Positions 48,149 to 57,897 of a stretch of DNA of 64,000 bases are shown here, one piece after another. The notes under the pieces were generated by a model that saw nothing but the letters and a program-made list of their open reading frames with translations, was not told where the DNA came from and did not search any database. Source of the DNA: Promethearchaeota archaeon (GTDB lineage Archaea > Asgardarchaeota > Lokiarchaeia > Sigyniarchaeales > SOKP01); contig JAEOSU010000080.1 in the NCBI GenBank assembly GCA_016840165.1, positions 128,001 to 192,000 on the forward strand, given 5' to 3'. The translations under genes and the position numbers were made by a program. Numbering within the stretch: position 1 is the stretch's first letter; the number at the start of each line of letters is the position of its first letter.

Positions 48149-49573
48149 TTGTTAATGATAAGTGAAAGAAAAATGAATAATTTTCTTAATTCGAGGGTTA
48201 TATTAAAACCAGACGAAACACCAAAAGAATGGGTAAATATTTTACCATATCTTCCCATTCCAATGACGCCTTTAGTAAATCCAATGGATGGAAAACCCGC
48301 CTCTTTTGAACTAGCTACTATGATTTTTCCAAAAAGTTGCGTTTTACAGGATACTTCTATGGAGGAAAATATTCCTATTCCAAAGGAACTGAGGGATCTT
48401 TACGTAAGAACCTACAGGCCATCCCCGCTACATCGAGCATATGGTTTAGAAACATTTATTGGAGTAAAAGGAGAGGATATTAAAATTTTTTATAAAAATG
48501 AATCTCTATCTCCTACGGGGTCTCATAAACCTAATACTGCTTTAGCACAAGCATATTATGCTCAAAAAGAAGGGGTAAAAGAACTAGTTACTGAAACGGG
48601 TGCAGGTCAATGGGGTTCCGGACTGTCATTTGGATGCAGTTTATTTAATATTAAGTGCACAGTCTATATGGTTAGAGCAAGTTTTTTGCAGAAACCAGGT
48701 AGAAAAATCCTTATGCAAGCTTTCAATGCAGAAGTCCATGCTAGCCCATCAAATCTTACCGAATCCGGGAAATTATACTATGATAAAGACCAGAATCATC
48801 CTGGTAGTTTAGGAATTGCCATTTCAGAAGCAGTTGAACATAGTTTATCAGATGCGAATATAAAATATTCATTAGGAAGCGTAGTTAATTTTGTTTTATT
48901 ACACCAAACGATAGTAGGTCAAGAACTTAAGATACAATTTAACAAGATAAAGTTAATACCTGATATTTTAATAGGTTGTATGGGAGGAGGTTCTAATTTT
49001 GGTGGGTTTATAATACCCTATATCAAAGATAAAATCAATGGAGATATGCCCGATTTAGAAGTGATTGGTGTTGAACCTAGAGCATGTCCAAGTGTTTGCA
49101 AAGGAAAATATATTTGGGATTATGGTGATTCTGCAAAAAAAGCACCAATTTTAAAAATGTATACATTAGGCCACAATTTTATTCCAAGCCCCATTCATGC
49201 GGGAGGGCTAAGATACCACGGAATGGCACCAATAATCTCGATTTTAAACAAAAAGAAAGTAATACGTTCAGTGATGCATCATCAAACGGAAGTTATTGAG
49301 GCGGGGTTGATATTTGCAAAATCAGAAGGGATAATCCCTGCTCCTGAAGCATGTCACGCTGTAAAAGAAGCAATTGATCAAGCATTAAAAGCAAAAGAAA
49401 ATAATGAAAAGAAGGTAATAGCGTTTAATTTTAGTGGACATGGTTTCTTCGATTTATCTGCATATAATGAATATCTATCGAATAAATTGATCGATTATGA
49501 ATTGCCCGGTTTCGAGATTCAATCATCACTGAGTTCGGATGATATGCCAAAGGTTAATGAAGCAGAATTTTAA
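48149..49573 (+). CDS. trpB2: Tryptophan synthase beta chain type 2
   Basis: GSHKPN, TETGAGQWG, GSLGIAISEA, GGGSN, HAGGLRYHG, SGHG. Confidence 0.95.
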   Translation: MLMISERKMNNFLNSRVILKPDETPKEWVNILPYLPIPMTPLVNPMDGKPASFELATMIFPKSCVLQDTSMEENIPIPKELRDLYVRTYRPSPLHRAYGLETFIGVKGEDIKIFYKNESLSPTGSHKPNTALAQAYYAQKEGVKELVTETGAGQWGSGLSFGCSLFNIKCTVYMVRASFLQKPGRKILMQAFNAEVHASPSNLTESGKLYYDKDQNHPGSLGIAISEAVEHSLSDANIKYSLGSVVNFVLLHQTIVGQELKIQFNKIKLIPDILIGCMGGGSNFGGFIIPYIKDKINGDMPDLEVIGVEPRACPSVCKGKYIWDYGDSAKKAPILKMYTLGHNFIPSPIHAGGLRYHGMAPIISILNKKKVIRSVMHHQTEVIEAGLIFAKSEGIIPAPEACHAVKEAIDQALKAKENNEKKVIAFNFSGHGFFDLSAYNEYLSNKLIDYELPGFEIQSSLSSDDMPKVNEAEF

Positions 49574-49574
49574 A

Positions 49575-49589
49575 TTTTTTTTTTTTTTT
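49575..49589 (+). terminator. Oligo(T) terminator after trpB2
   Basis: T15 tract right after the stop codon. Confidence 0.5.
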
Positions 49590-49650
49590 ATAATAATTTT
49601 AAAATTTAACAGAAAATTTCTTAGTTATAATACAAATAGAGAATAAAGAT

Positions 49651-50733
49651 TTGAATATTCTTTCATTAGTCATTGTTAGCATTTTATATGTTTTTGGAGT
49701 GTTTTTATTATACATTTCATATTTGTCTAAAAAAAAGGGGGACAAAGGAGCATATATTAATAATATTTTCAATTCCATTATTTTCTTAGTAAGTATTACC
49801 GTTAATCTAATTATTGTGAATCTCTTCCATTTTTCTAATATCGATTTCATAATTTTTCCTTTTGATGTTTTTATAATTGTATTTATTTTGTTTTTTTTCC
49901 CTATTTTCTATTTATCTGTTTATCGAGAAAAAAAGAATATAACCACACGTTTACCTTATAATTCAAAAAATCATTATCCTTTATTTAAAGAATTACCATT
50001 GAAATATGAGCTATATCGTAAATTAACGCATCTGATTGTATTAGGAATTATATTTTTTTATTTTACTTTAGGGTTTTGGGTTCAAAATTTTTTTTTAAAC
50101 ATTTTAGATTTTTTTCCTGAAATAATTTCTGATTTATTTTTATCATTTTATAATATTGAAGGTGATAAGATGATTTTTACTCAGTATTTGGTCGTATTTT
50201 TAGTCAGCATAACACTAATAAGCTTTTTTACAGCAGATTTTACGAGAATTTTAAAACCAGAATTGTACCCGTTAAAACCCATAAATAAAATACTTAGAAA
50301 AAAAGAGCTAGGGCTAAGATTCGGACCACATATCTCAATGGCAATTGGTTGTTTCTCCATAATTATACTTTATGGATTATTTCAACCAATTGGACCAATT
50401 GTTATTTGCAGCTCAATGACAATGGCAATATTCGGTGATATTACAGCAAATTTAATTGGTAGAACAATAGGCAAAAAAACAATAAGAGATACAAAAAAGA
50501 CTTATGAGGGTTTAATCGCTGGTATAATAGCGGCATTTATTTCTGGAATTATTAGTTTACTTTTCTTAAATGAATTTTATTCAATTTCTCTCATATTCTT
50601 AATTATTGGTCCTTCTATTGGTTCTTTAATAGTTGGTATAATAGATTATTTAAGCTTAGAAATTGATGATAATCTAACCAATAACTTCTTTCTATCAACA
50701 ATATTGTTTTTTATTTCACTTTTAATTTTATAG
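49651..50733 (+). CDS. Dolichol/phytol kinase-like membrane protein (CTP-dependent kinase family)
   Basis: RKLTH, LRKKE, GD..A.LIGR, KKTYEG, DDNL. Confidence 0.85.
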   Translation: MNILSLVIVSILYVFGVFLLYISYLSKKKGDKGAYINNIFNSIIFLVSITVNLIIVNLFHFSNIDFIIFPFDVFIIVFILFFFPIFYLSVYREKKNITTRLPYNSKNHYPLFKELPLKYELYRKLTHLIVLGIIFFYFTLGFWVQNFFLNILDFFPEIISDLFLSFYNIEGDKMIFTQYLVVFLVSITLISFFTADFTRILKPELYPLKPINKILRKKELGLRFGPHISMAIGCFSIIILYGLFQPIGPIVICSSMTMAIFGDITANLIGRTIGKKTIRDTKKTYEGLIAGIIAAFISGIISLLFLNEFYSISLIFLIIGPSIGSLIVGIIDYLSLEIDDNLTNNFFLSTILFFISLLIL

Positions 50734-50791
50734 GATTTTTTTTTCTCAATATACCCAAATTTTTTCAATAAAAATAATTTTATTTCAAAAG

Positions 50792-51298
50792 ATGTTAGAA
50801 GAAAAATTAAAAATAGATAAAATAAAAAAGGGCACTGTTATAGATCACATTGATGCCGGTTATGCGCTTACAATTCTTAATCTTACAGGTTTGGATGAAA
50901 CTACAAACCTCATGACTATTGGTGTGAACGTGTCTTCAAAAAAGTACTCTAAAAAAGATATAATAAAAATTGAAGGTGTTTTCCTAAATGAAATACAAAT
51001 GCAGCAGATTTCAATATTATCTCCTAATAATTCTATCTCTTTAATTGATAATTATAAGGTAATTGAAAAAAAGAAAGTAAAAATCCCTAAAGTTATAAAA
51101 AGATTGATCGTGTGTGTTAATAAAACCTGTATTTCAAATTCTAATAAGGAACCTATTGATTCGGAATTTATAGTTTTAGAAGAGAAACCATTGAAGATTC
51201 AATGTTCCTATTGCAATCGGATATATAAGCTAAATGAGATAAGGTTTAGCTCAAAGGGAAAAACTGAGAAGAAAGTTAAACAAAAATTTCAATTGTAA
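50792..51298 (+). CDS. pyrI: Aspartate carbamoyltransferase regulatory chain
   Basis: GTVIDHI, KKDIIKIE, C.N..CIS, CSYC. Confidence 0.95.
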   Translation: MLEEKLKIDKIKKGTVIDHIDAGYALTILNLTGLDETTNLMTIGVNVSSKKYSKKDIIKIEGVFLNEIQMQQISILSPNNSISLIDNYKVIEKKKVKIPKVIKRLIVCVNKTCISNSNKEPIDSEFIVLEEKPLKIQCSYCNRIYKLNEIRFSSKGKTEKKVKQKFQL

Positions 51299-51303
51299 TC
51301 ATA

Positions 51304-51720
51304 TTATAGAAAAGCCAAAAGAGTATGAGTGATTACACCTACAATCATGAATAGAAGGAAGAAGATTCCAATTCCTGGTTTAATTATATTTTTCCAATTC
51401 CACTCCTCTTTATCATAATTGTACCGTAATACTATAAAATTAAATAAGAAGGGTGACAAAAACCAAAAACATAACATCCAGATTAACATTGGCCAACCAA
51501 TAAATCCGATTAATCGCCCTATTACGGCACTTAATGCCCCAGTAGCAGCTCTTACCCAATATAGTTTAGTCTCTTTTTCTAACCTTATGTCTAAATTAGT
51601 CTTATGCTTTTTTTCCTCTTGTTGTTCTTGCTTACTTGATAATTTTCGTTTTTCTTTAATTAATTTTTTTCTTTCTTTCTTAATGTTAATTCTCTTAGGA
51701 CGATTATCTTTTTTTACCAT
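51304..51720 (-). CDS. EMC6/Rab5ip-like three-TM membrane protein
   Basis: LYWVR..TGALSA..G.LIG.IGW; G.G.FF..F..V....HTL. Confidence 0.65.
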   Translation of the reverse strand: MVKKDNRPKRINIKKERKKLIKEKRKLSSKQEQQEEKKHKTNLDIRLEKETKLYWVRAATGALSAVIGRLIGFIGWPMLIWMLCFWFLSPFLFNFIVLRYNYDKEEWNWKNIIKPGIGIFFLLFMIVGVITHTLLAFL

Positions 51721-51815
51721 AATGATAATTATAAATATTATTTATTATAAAAATCATTATCTATCTTGAATTATGTGGTTGTAATAATTTTGGAAGGAGA
51801 TTAACTAAAATAACT

Positions 51816-53855
51816 ATGAAATTTTCTAATTTTGATGTATACGCCATTAGTAAAGAACTGGATTCTATTCTCTCTGAAGCAAGAATTACTAATATCTATG
51901 AAGTTGAAGACCTTTTAATCTTAAAAATTCACACCAGAACATTTGGGAAAATGAATTTAATAATAAAAGATGATTCCCGAATTAATATCACAGAATATGA
52001 GTATCCTATACCAAAATATCCTACGCAATTTACACGGTCTCTCAGAAAGTTTCTTAAAAATAGGAAAATAATATCTGTTTCTCAATATAAATTTGATCGA
52101 ATTATTATAATCGAACTAAGTAGTTTTAATTCGGACTCTTGGAAATTTGTTATAGAGCTTTTTAATAAAGGTAATTACATCCTATTGAATGAGTATAATG
52201 TCATAAAAATTGCTAAAAGTTATAAAAAATTTAGGGATAGAGATATTTTAGCTAACAGAGAATATTCATTTCCTTTATCAAGAGGGGAAAGTTTCTTATT
52301 ATTAAAGGAGGAGGATTTTTTAGATCTGATATCGAATGCTGAAGGTGAAATTGTACGAGTGTTAGCAAACTTAATCTCATTTTCTGGTTTATATAGTGAA
52401 GAAATATGCTTTCGAGCCAACGTCGAAAAAAGTAAAAACGTCAAAGATCTTAATATGAATGAAAAAAAAGAGCTATTTAATAATTTTAAAATCTTGAGAA
52501 ATGAAATTCTATTTGGAGAAATAAAAGCTCATATAGTATATGATGAAGAGAGAAATCCAATTCACGTATTTCCCATTGAATTAGAGTTGTTTAAAGATTT
52601 TGAAAAAGAATATTTTGATTCTTTTAATAAAGCAGTTGATAAATTCTATTCTAGATTAGACTCACAAGATTTAAAACAACCTTATGATGCAAAAATTAAC
52701 CAGAAACTAGTTGAACAAGAGAAAATTTTGAAAAGACAAAGTGAATATTTGAAGGAGTTAAAGGAAGAGAAGATTAAATATTATGAGTATGGAGATTTTA
52801 TTTATACTAACCTAAACGCCTTAGAGAGATTATTTGGAGTAATAAAAGGAGCTAGAAATAAAGGTTACAATTATTACGAGATAAGTGATATATTAAAAGA
52901 GGCAAAGGAAAATAATATAGACGATCTTGAATTATTCCTAAAAATTAACCCCAGAACTAAAAAGATATTTGTTAATGTTAATAAAACTGAAGTTAAGTTA
53001 GATTTAATGAAAAGTGTGGGAGAAAACGCGAACATTTTCTATAATAGGGGGAAAAAAATAGAGAAAAAAATTATTGGTACTTTAAAAGCTATTTCTGAGA
53101 CTGAAGAACAAATAGAAAACCTGAAGGATGAAAAACTACAATTGGATGAAAAAGTAGAGGTTTTAATTAAACCTCCAAAAAAGAAATGGTTTGAAAAATA
53201 TAGGTGGTTTATATCTTCAGAGCAATTTTTAGTGATCGGAGGGAAAGATGCAAGTTCAAACGAAGCTATTTTTAAAAAACATTTAGATACGCACGATATC
53301 GTTCTTCATACGAATTTCCCTGGATCTCCTTTATTGATTATTAAAAACCTAAAAAATGATATTATCCCTGAAAATACAATAAAGGAAGCAGCAGAATTTG
53401 TTGCTAGTTATTCACGAGCTTGGAAGGAGAACTGGGGAGTAATCGATGTTTTTTATGTTAAACCAGAGCAAGTTTCTAAATCGCCCCCATCTGGTGAATT
53501 TTTACCGAAAGGCTCTTTTATGATTTCAGGAAAAAAGAATTTTATTAAAAACACCAAAACTCAATTAGCAATTGCATTAAAATTTATCAGAAGAACTGAA
53601 GGGAGTGGTAATGGTGAGGAGATTTATTATCCAAAAATCATAATTGGTCCAATTTCTGCTATTAAAACCAGATATGATTCCTATTTAATGATTAAACCTT
53701 CCAAATCAGGTTATAATAAAGGAAAGATTGCTAGCGAAATTAAAACTATTTTTCTTAACATCTCTAGCAAGGAGAAAAAGAAATGGGTGGATCTTCTCTC
53801 GTTAGATGATATTGTCAATATTCTCCCAGCTGGATTATCAGAGATCGAGAAGTAG
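51816..53855 (+). CDS. rqcH: Ribosome quality control protein RqcH/NEMF (NFACT)
   Basis: LRK.L, FDRI, ELF..GN, WFEKYRWF, GGKDA..NE, SGEFL.KGSFMI.GKKN. Confidence 0.93.
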   Translation: MKFSNFDVYAISKELDSILSEARITNIYEVEDLLILKIHTRTFGKMNLIIKDDSRINITEYEYPIPKYPTQFTRSLRKFLKNRKIISVSQYKFDRIIIIELSSFNSDSWKFVIELFNKGNYILLNEYNVIKIAKSYKKFRDRDILANREYSFPLSRGESFLLLKEEDFLDLISNAEGEIVRVLANLISFSGLYSEEICFRANVEKSKNVKDLNMNEKKELFNNFKILRNEILFGEIKAHIVYDEERNPIHVFPIELELFKDFEKEYFDSFNKAVDKFYSRLDSQDLKQPYDAKINQKLVEQEKILKRQSEYLKELKEEKIKYYEYGDFIYTNLNALERLFGVIKGARNKGYNYYEISDILKEAKENNIDDLELFLKINPRTKKIFVNVNKTEVKLDLMKSVGENANIFYNRGKKIEKKIIGTLKAISETEEQIENLKDEKLQLDEKVEVLIKPPKKKWFEKYRWFISSEQFLVIGGKDASSNEAIFKKHLDTHDIVLHTNFPGSPLLIIKNLKNDIIPENTIKEAAEFVASYSRAWKENWGVIDVFYVKPEQVSKSPPSGEFLPKGSFMISGKKNFIKNTKTQLAIALKFIRRTEGSGNGEEIYYPKIIIGPISAIKTRYDSYLMIKPSKSGYNKGKIASEIKTIFLNISSKEKKKWVDLLSLDDIVNILPAGLSEIEK

Positions 53856-53929
53856 AATTATAGAAAATAAAAATCTTCTTAAAGTTTATTTTTATCAACC
53901 ATTCTTAACTACTTTAAAAATTTACTTTA

Positions 53930-54340
53930 TTATTGAACAAAGTAAAAATAAGCAATGATAACTATCAAGCCAAAAAATGTGAAACCAAAGACCCATGAAT
54001 TTCTGTAAGCTTGGATTAAGGATAAAATAAATAATAGAAGCACTATCTTAAAATCTAAAGGTTTACCAGACAGTTCTTTGTAATTTCCAATACTAATCAT
54101 GCCAAAAAGAAAGAAAAGTAAAATTACCAAGGTTTTGATAATGATATCGATATAAAACCAAATTGTATTTTCAATCATAAAGATAGTTATTATCTGAGTA
54201 TTGAATAAAAGAGAAATGACTAATAATATACCACTGATAATTGCGGTCAAAAGTACACTCTTATATGCAAATTCTTCATCCAGTTTTGATTTCACAATAC
54301 TTTTTTTTGATCTAGTATCGTTCTTCTTAAATTTAGACAT
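53930..54340 (-). CDS. Four-TM membrane protein
   Basis: Hydrophobicity pattern; GNYKE loop. Confidence 0.65.
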   Translation of the reverse strand: MSKFKKNDTRSKKSIVKSKLDEEFAYKSVLLTAIISGILLVISLLFNTQIITIFMIENTIWFYIDIIIKTLVILLFFLFGMISIGNYKELSGKPLDFKIVLLLFILSLIQAYRNSWVFGFTFFGLIVIIAYFYFVQ

Positions 54341-54342
54341 TG

Positions 54343-55158
54343 TTAACTTCTTATTTTTTCAATTTTACCTTTCAATTTAATAATTTGGAATATATAATAT
54401 CCATACAGAGATCCTATCACGGTAAAGATTATTGATGCTAAAGTTATATAGATGAGCTCTTCTGCGGAAATAATGGGATTATAAGCATAAAATTGAACGA
54501 ATAATGAAACTACGTTCATTAATATAATCCCCTCATCATAATTTTGCGACTCTCCGAAAATAATCATAAAGGGTGAGTAAATTCCAGCTTCAATCCTGAT
54601 ATCCTGATCCCCTCCTTCTGAACTTTCTACAGGAAGTTGAAATTCATAAACAATACTTTCTCCATCTGAATCTAGTTGAGCAGCACCTACTCCATTAATT
54701 TCTGAATCTTCATAAAAGCTTGATTCATTGATATAATAATCCCGGTATTCAAAATCTCCTTTACTTAAGTTTAAAAATTGAATTATTTTTGCATCTTCAT
54801 AATCTAAAGGATCTAAAGATTCATCTTCAGAGGTTAATATTCCAATAAACTCATTAGTTTGATGTTCTGTTAATTCAAATAAAATCGCTAAATACAGAAA
54901 GAGTTCATGCTGAACAATCCAAAGATCAATTTCTAGTCCATCTTCTGTATTAGAAAGATTCTGATAGAGAAAGATTTTAGTTTTTATGGCATCATTCCAT
55001 TCATCAACTTCTTTATCAATGTGTCCATCAATTATTGGTTGTGTTCCAAATTCTAAAATGATCTCTGTATCTGCTCCAAGAGCACTCATTACTGAGGAAA
55101 ATGAAATTAATAATATAATGAAAAATGAAAAAATTTTATTAATGTTATTATTCTTCAA
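54343..55158 (-). CDS. Secreted, C-terminally anchored acidic protein with CBM9/DOMON-like domain
   Basis: Signal peptide; P.IDG....EW.DA; LYLAI; YEFQLP; C-terminal TM helix. Confidence 0.65.
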   Translation of the reverse strand: MKNNNINKIFSFFIILLISFSSVMSALGADTEIILEFGTQPIIDGHIDKEVDEWNDAIKTKIFLYQNLSNTEDGLEIDLWIVQHELFLYLAILFELTEHQTNEFIGILTSEDESLDPLDYEDAKIIQFLNLSKGDFEYRDYYINESSFYEDSEINGVGAAQLDSDGESIVYEFQLPVESSEGGDQDIRIEAGIYSPFMIIFGESQNYDEGIILMNVVSLFVQFYAYNPIISAEELIYITLASIIFTVIGSLYGYYIFQIIKLKGKIEKIRS

Positions 55159-55483
55159 TTTACAGAGCCACTGTAGTTGAGATTTATTAGTTAGAATATT
55201 TTAAATCTTAAAATTGATAATTAAATTTGGTTTTTTAATTTTCTTATACCTTCATAAATTCAAACAGTATTTTTAAAATTTCATGAAAAAATAAGAAATT
55301 ATGCAATATCATGATAATAATTGAAGCTATGATCATAATCAAAGAGCGATGGATTCTTTGATAATTTATTAATAGATATCCCTAATAATTATTAAGTTGT
55401 TAAAAATACAAGCACTAAGAAGATTTCTTATCAAAATATTAAAAAATATTAGCTTTTTATAGATAGATTTAGAATTACTCTAA

Positions 55484-56035
55484 ATGTTAATAGATATTGT
55501 TTCTGATTTATATCAATTACTCGACATTATCTCTATGCACTTTTTCCCACTTTTATTTTTAGTATTAAAATACTTTATTTCTTTTATTTTACTCTCTATA
55601 GGGATTTTATATTTACTGAGCCTTAAAGGAATTTTCTTGAAGAAGAAATTATATAATAAATATAATGACAATGATTTCAATAACCTGAGAATTATAATAG
55701 GAGTTACATTCATAATATTAGCTTTTGGCATCCTTTTTAATTACTTAATCTATTTTTTTATTTGGCTTTTTCAATATTTTGATGGATTTCTTCTTGTTAT
55801 AATAAACTTTTTTCTTGGGAGTTCTTTTTTGAATACTCTTAAACTTAATAACCTCATAAGCCAAGGAATAGCATTAGGTTCGTTTGTCGCGATATTACAA
55901 TTTATCCTCGCAATTTTTTATTTCCTTAATGATAGAATTGTTTTGATGAGCTCTAAGAATGCCTCATCTTTATTTATAACCTCCGTTATCAGTATTTTAT
56001 TATTTGGATTTGAATGTTTACCTTATTTGCTATAG
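55484..56035 (+). CDS. Integral membrane protein
   Basis: Multiple TM segments. Confidence 0.6.
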   Translation: MLIDIVSDLYQLLDIISMHFFPLLFLVLKYFISFILLSIGILYLLSLKGIFLKKKLYNKYNDNDFNNLRIIIGVTFIILAFGILFNYLIYFFIWLFQYFDGFLLVIINFFLGSSFLNTLKLNNLISQGIALGSFVAILQFILAIFYFLNDRIVLMSSKNASSLFITSVISILLFGFECLPYLL

Positions 56036-56110
56036 TTTCATAAATTAAGAAAAAGTCAGTTGTAAAAAGCCTAAAAACTATAAATGAATATTTTAGTATT
56101 ACAAAATAAA

Positions 56111-56128
56111 GAGCGAAAGATTTATATA
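56111..56128 (+). promoter_or_regulatory. BRE/TATA promoter of tfb
   Basis: GAGCGAAAGA-TTTATATA. Confidence 0.55.
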
Positions 56129-56295
56129 ACTAATGTACATATAATTATGTTGCATTCAGTCTTTTCAGTCACGAATCAGTAGTAATAGAATTAAAATCAG
56201 TTTTCAATTAATTTATACGGGTTATAATTGAGATACTTGGTTTAGTTTATTTAGATTAGGTTAAAGTATTATATAAAATATTTGAGGTTTTAAGT

Positions 56296-57183
56296 ATGGA
56301 AGTTAAATCAGAAATTAGTAATTTATCAAATTTATGCCCAGAATGTGGAGGAAAAACTATTCCCATTCAAGAAAAGGGTGAGATTGTATGTAGTCAATGC
56401 GGTTTAGTAGTTAACGAGAGAGTTATGGATGTCTCCCATAGTGGAAAAAGAGCTTTTACAAAACAAGAAAAAGAGCAGAGAGAGAGAACGGGATCTCCTA
56501 TTTCTATTCTATTGCCTGATATGGGATTAAGTACAATTATAGATAAATCTAACATAAAGAGTCCCGATTTAAAAAGAGCCGCAAAGTGGAATTCTCGAAT
56601 GACATGGGATAAAAGAAACATGTTAATTGCCACGACTGAATTGAAGAGAATTGGGAGTAATCTTAATTTACCAAATCATATAAAAAAAACAGCAATCAGA
56701 TTATATATTGAAGCATTTAAAAAGAAATTACTAAGAGGACGTTCTATTAATGGTATGGTCGCTGCTTGTCTATATTTTGCCTGTAGGGAAAGCAAAATTC
56801 CAAGGACACTTCAAGAGATCTTAGAAGAAACGTCTGTAGATGCAAAAAGTGTGAGAAGGTGTTATAGAACCATTATTCGTGAATTAAATTTAAAAGCGCC
56901 TTCTACAGATCCGATTTCCTTGATACCACGATTTATTGCTGAGTTAAATTTAGATGCTGTAGCTGAAAAAGCTACGATTAGAGTATTAACATCCTTTATT
57001 AAGAAGTTTTCCACAAGTGGCAAAGACCCTAAAGGGTTATGCGCTGGAGCGCTATATTTGGTTTGCAAATTTAAAGATAAGAGAATATCTCAAAAAGAAA
57101 TAGCAAATATAGTTGGAGTGACAGAAGTTACTCTTCGTTCAAGGTACAAGGAATTAGTCACTAAGTTAAATCTGAAGTTTTAA
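56296..57183 (+). CDS. tfb: Transcription initiation factor IIB
   Basis: CPECG...CSQCG Zn ribbon; RAF...RTG.P; RGRS; GKDPKG; VTEVTLRSRYKE. Confidence 0.97.
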   Translation: MEVKSEISNLSNLCPECGGKTIPIQEKGEIVCSQCGLVVNERVMDVSHSGKRAFTKQEKEQRERTGSPISILLPDMGLSTIIDKSNIKSPDLKRAAKWNSRMTWDKRNMLIATTELKRIGSNLNLPNHIKKTAIRLYIEAFKKKLLRGRSINGMVAACLYFACRESKIPRTLQEILEETSVDAKSVRRCYRTIIRELNLKAPSTDPISLIPRFIAELNLDAVAEKATIRVLTSFIKKFSTSGKDPKGLCAGALYLVCKFKDKRISQKEIANIVGVTEVTLRSRYKELVTKLNLKF

Positions 57184-57770
57184 GTCTCTTGATTTTTTTT
57201 TTGTAATAATATTTTTAGAAAATCTGGATATGTTAGTAAATAACTCTGAGCATTAGGCAATTGTTGCTTTATTTTAATAAATAACTGAGAATAATGCTCT
57301 GCTCTATCTTTTTGTTTAAGCATTTCATTTCTAGTTTGTTCTCTAATTGGTTCTACCGGTATTCCTTTTAACACAGATCTGGCAGGTATAGTTAAACCGG
57401 GAGGGACTTCACTTTTATTAAGAATTATTGAACCCTCACCTATAGAAGTTTCTTCATATATTAGACTTCCTTCCATTACTTGAACATAATCTTCCATGAA
57501 GCATCCTAAAATGGTAACACCTGATTCAATAATGCAATATCGCCCTATATGAATTGAGCTCTTCTGCAATCTTGTAAACAGCATTACTCCATTAAATATT
57601 GTAGAATACTCCCCTATATTAATTTGGGAACTTTCGCCTCGAATTATAGATCCTGGCCAAATTACGGCATTATCATTTACTTTGACGTTTCCAATTAAAG
57701 TTGAAAGTGGTGAAACATAAGCATTACTACTAATCTCAGGTTTTTTTCCATTATACTCTAATAGTACCAT
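57180..57770 (-). CDS. Gamma-carbonic-anhydrase-like left-handed beta-helix protein lacking the Zn-binding His residues
   Basis: P.I...AYV.P...LIG.V, IIRG, hexapeptide repeats, G.P...IRE. Confidence 0.8.
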   Translation of the reverse strand: MVLLEYNGKKPEISSNAYVSPLSTLIGNVKVNDNAVIWPGSIIRGESSQINIGEYSTIFNGVMLFTRLQKSSIHIGRYCIIESGVTILGCFMEDYVQVMEGSLIYEETSIGEGSIILNKSEVPPGLTIPARSVLKGIPVEPIREQTRNEMLKQKDRAEHYSQLFIKIKQQLPNAQSYLLTYPDFLKILLQKKNQET

Positions 57771-57897
57771 TATTATCTACTTCTGATATTACAATATATT
57801 CTGAATAACAATAAGATAATTTTAATAAATTTAAATTTATTTATTTAAATAAGATTTCTGATAAAAATAGTAATTATGGGTCTTAAAACTTAAAAAA

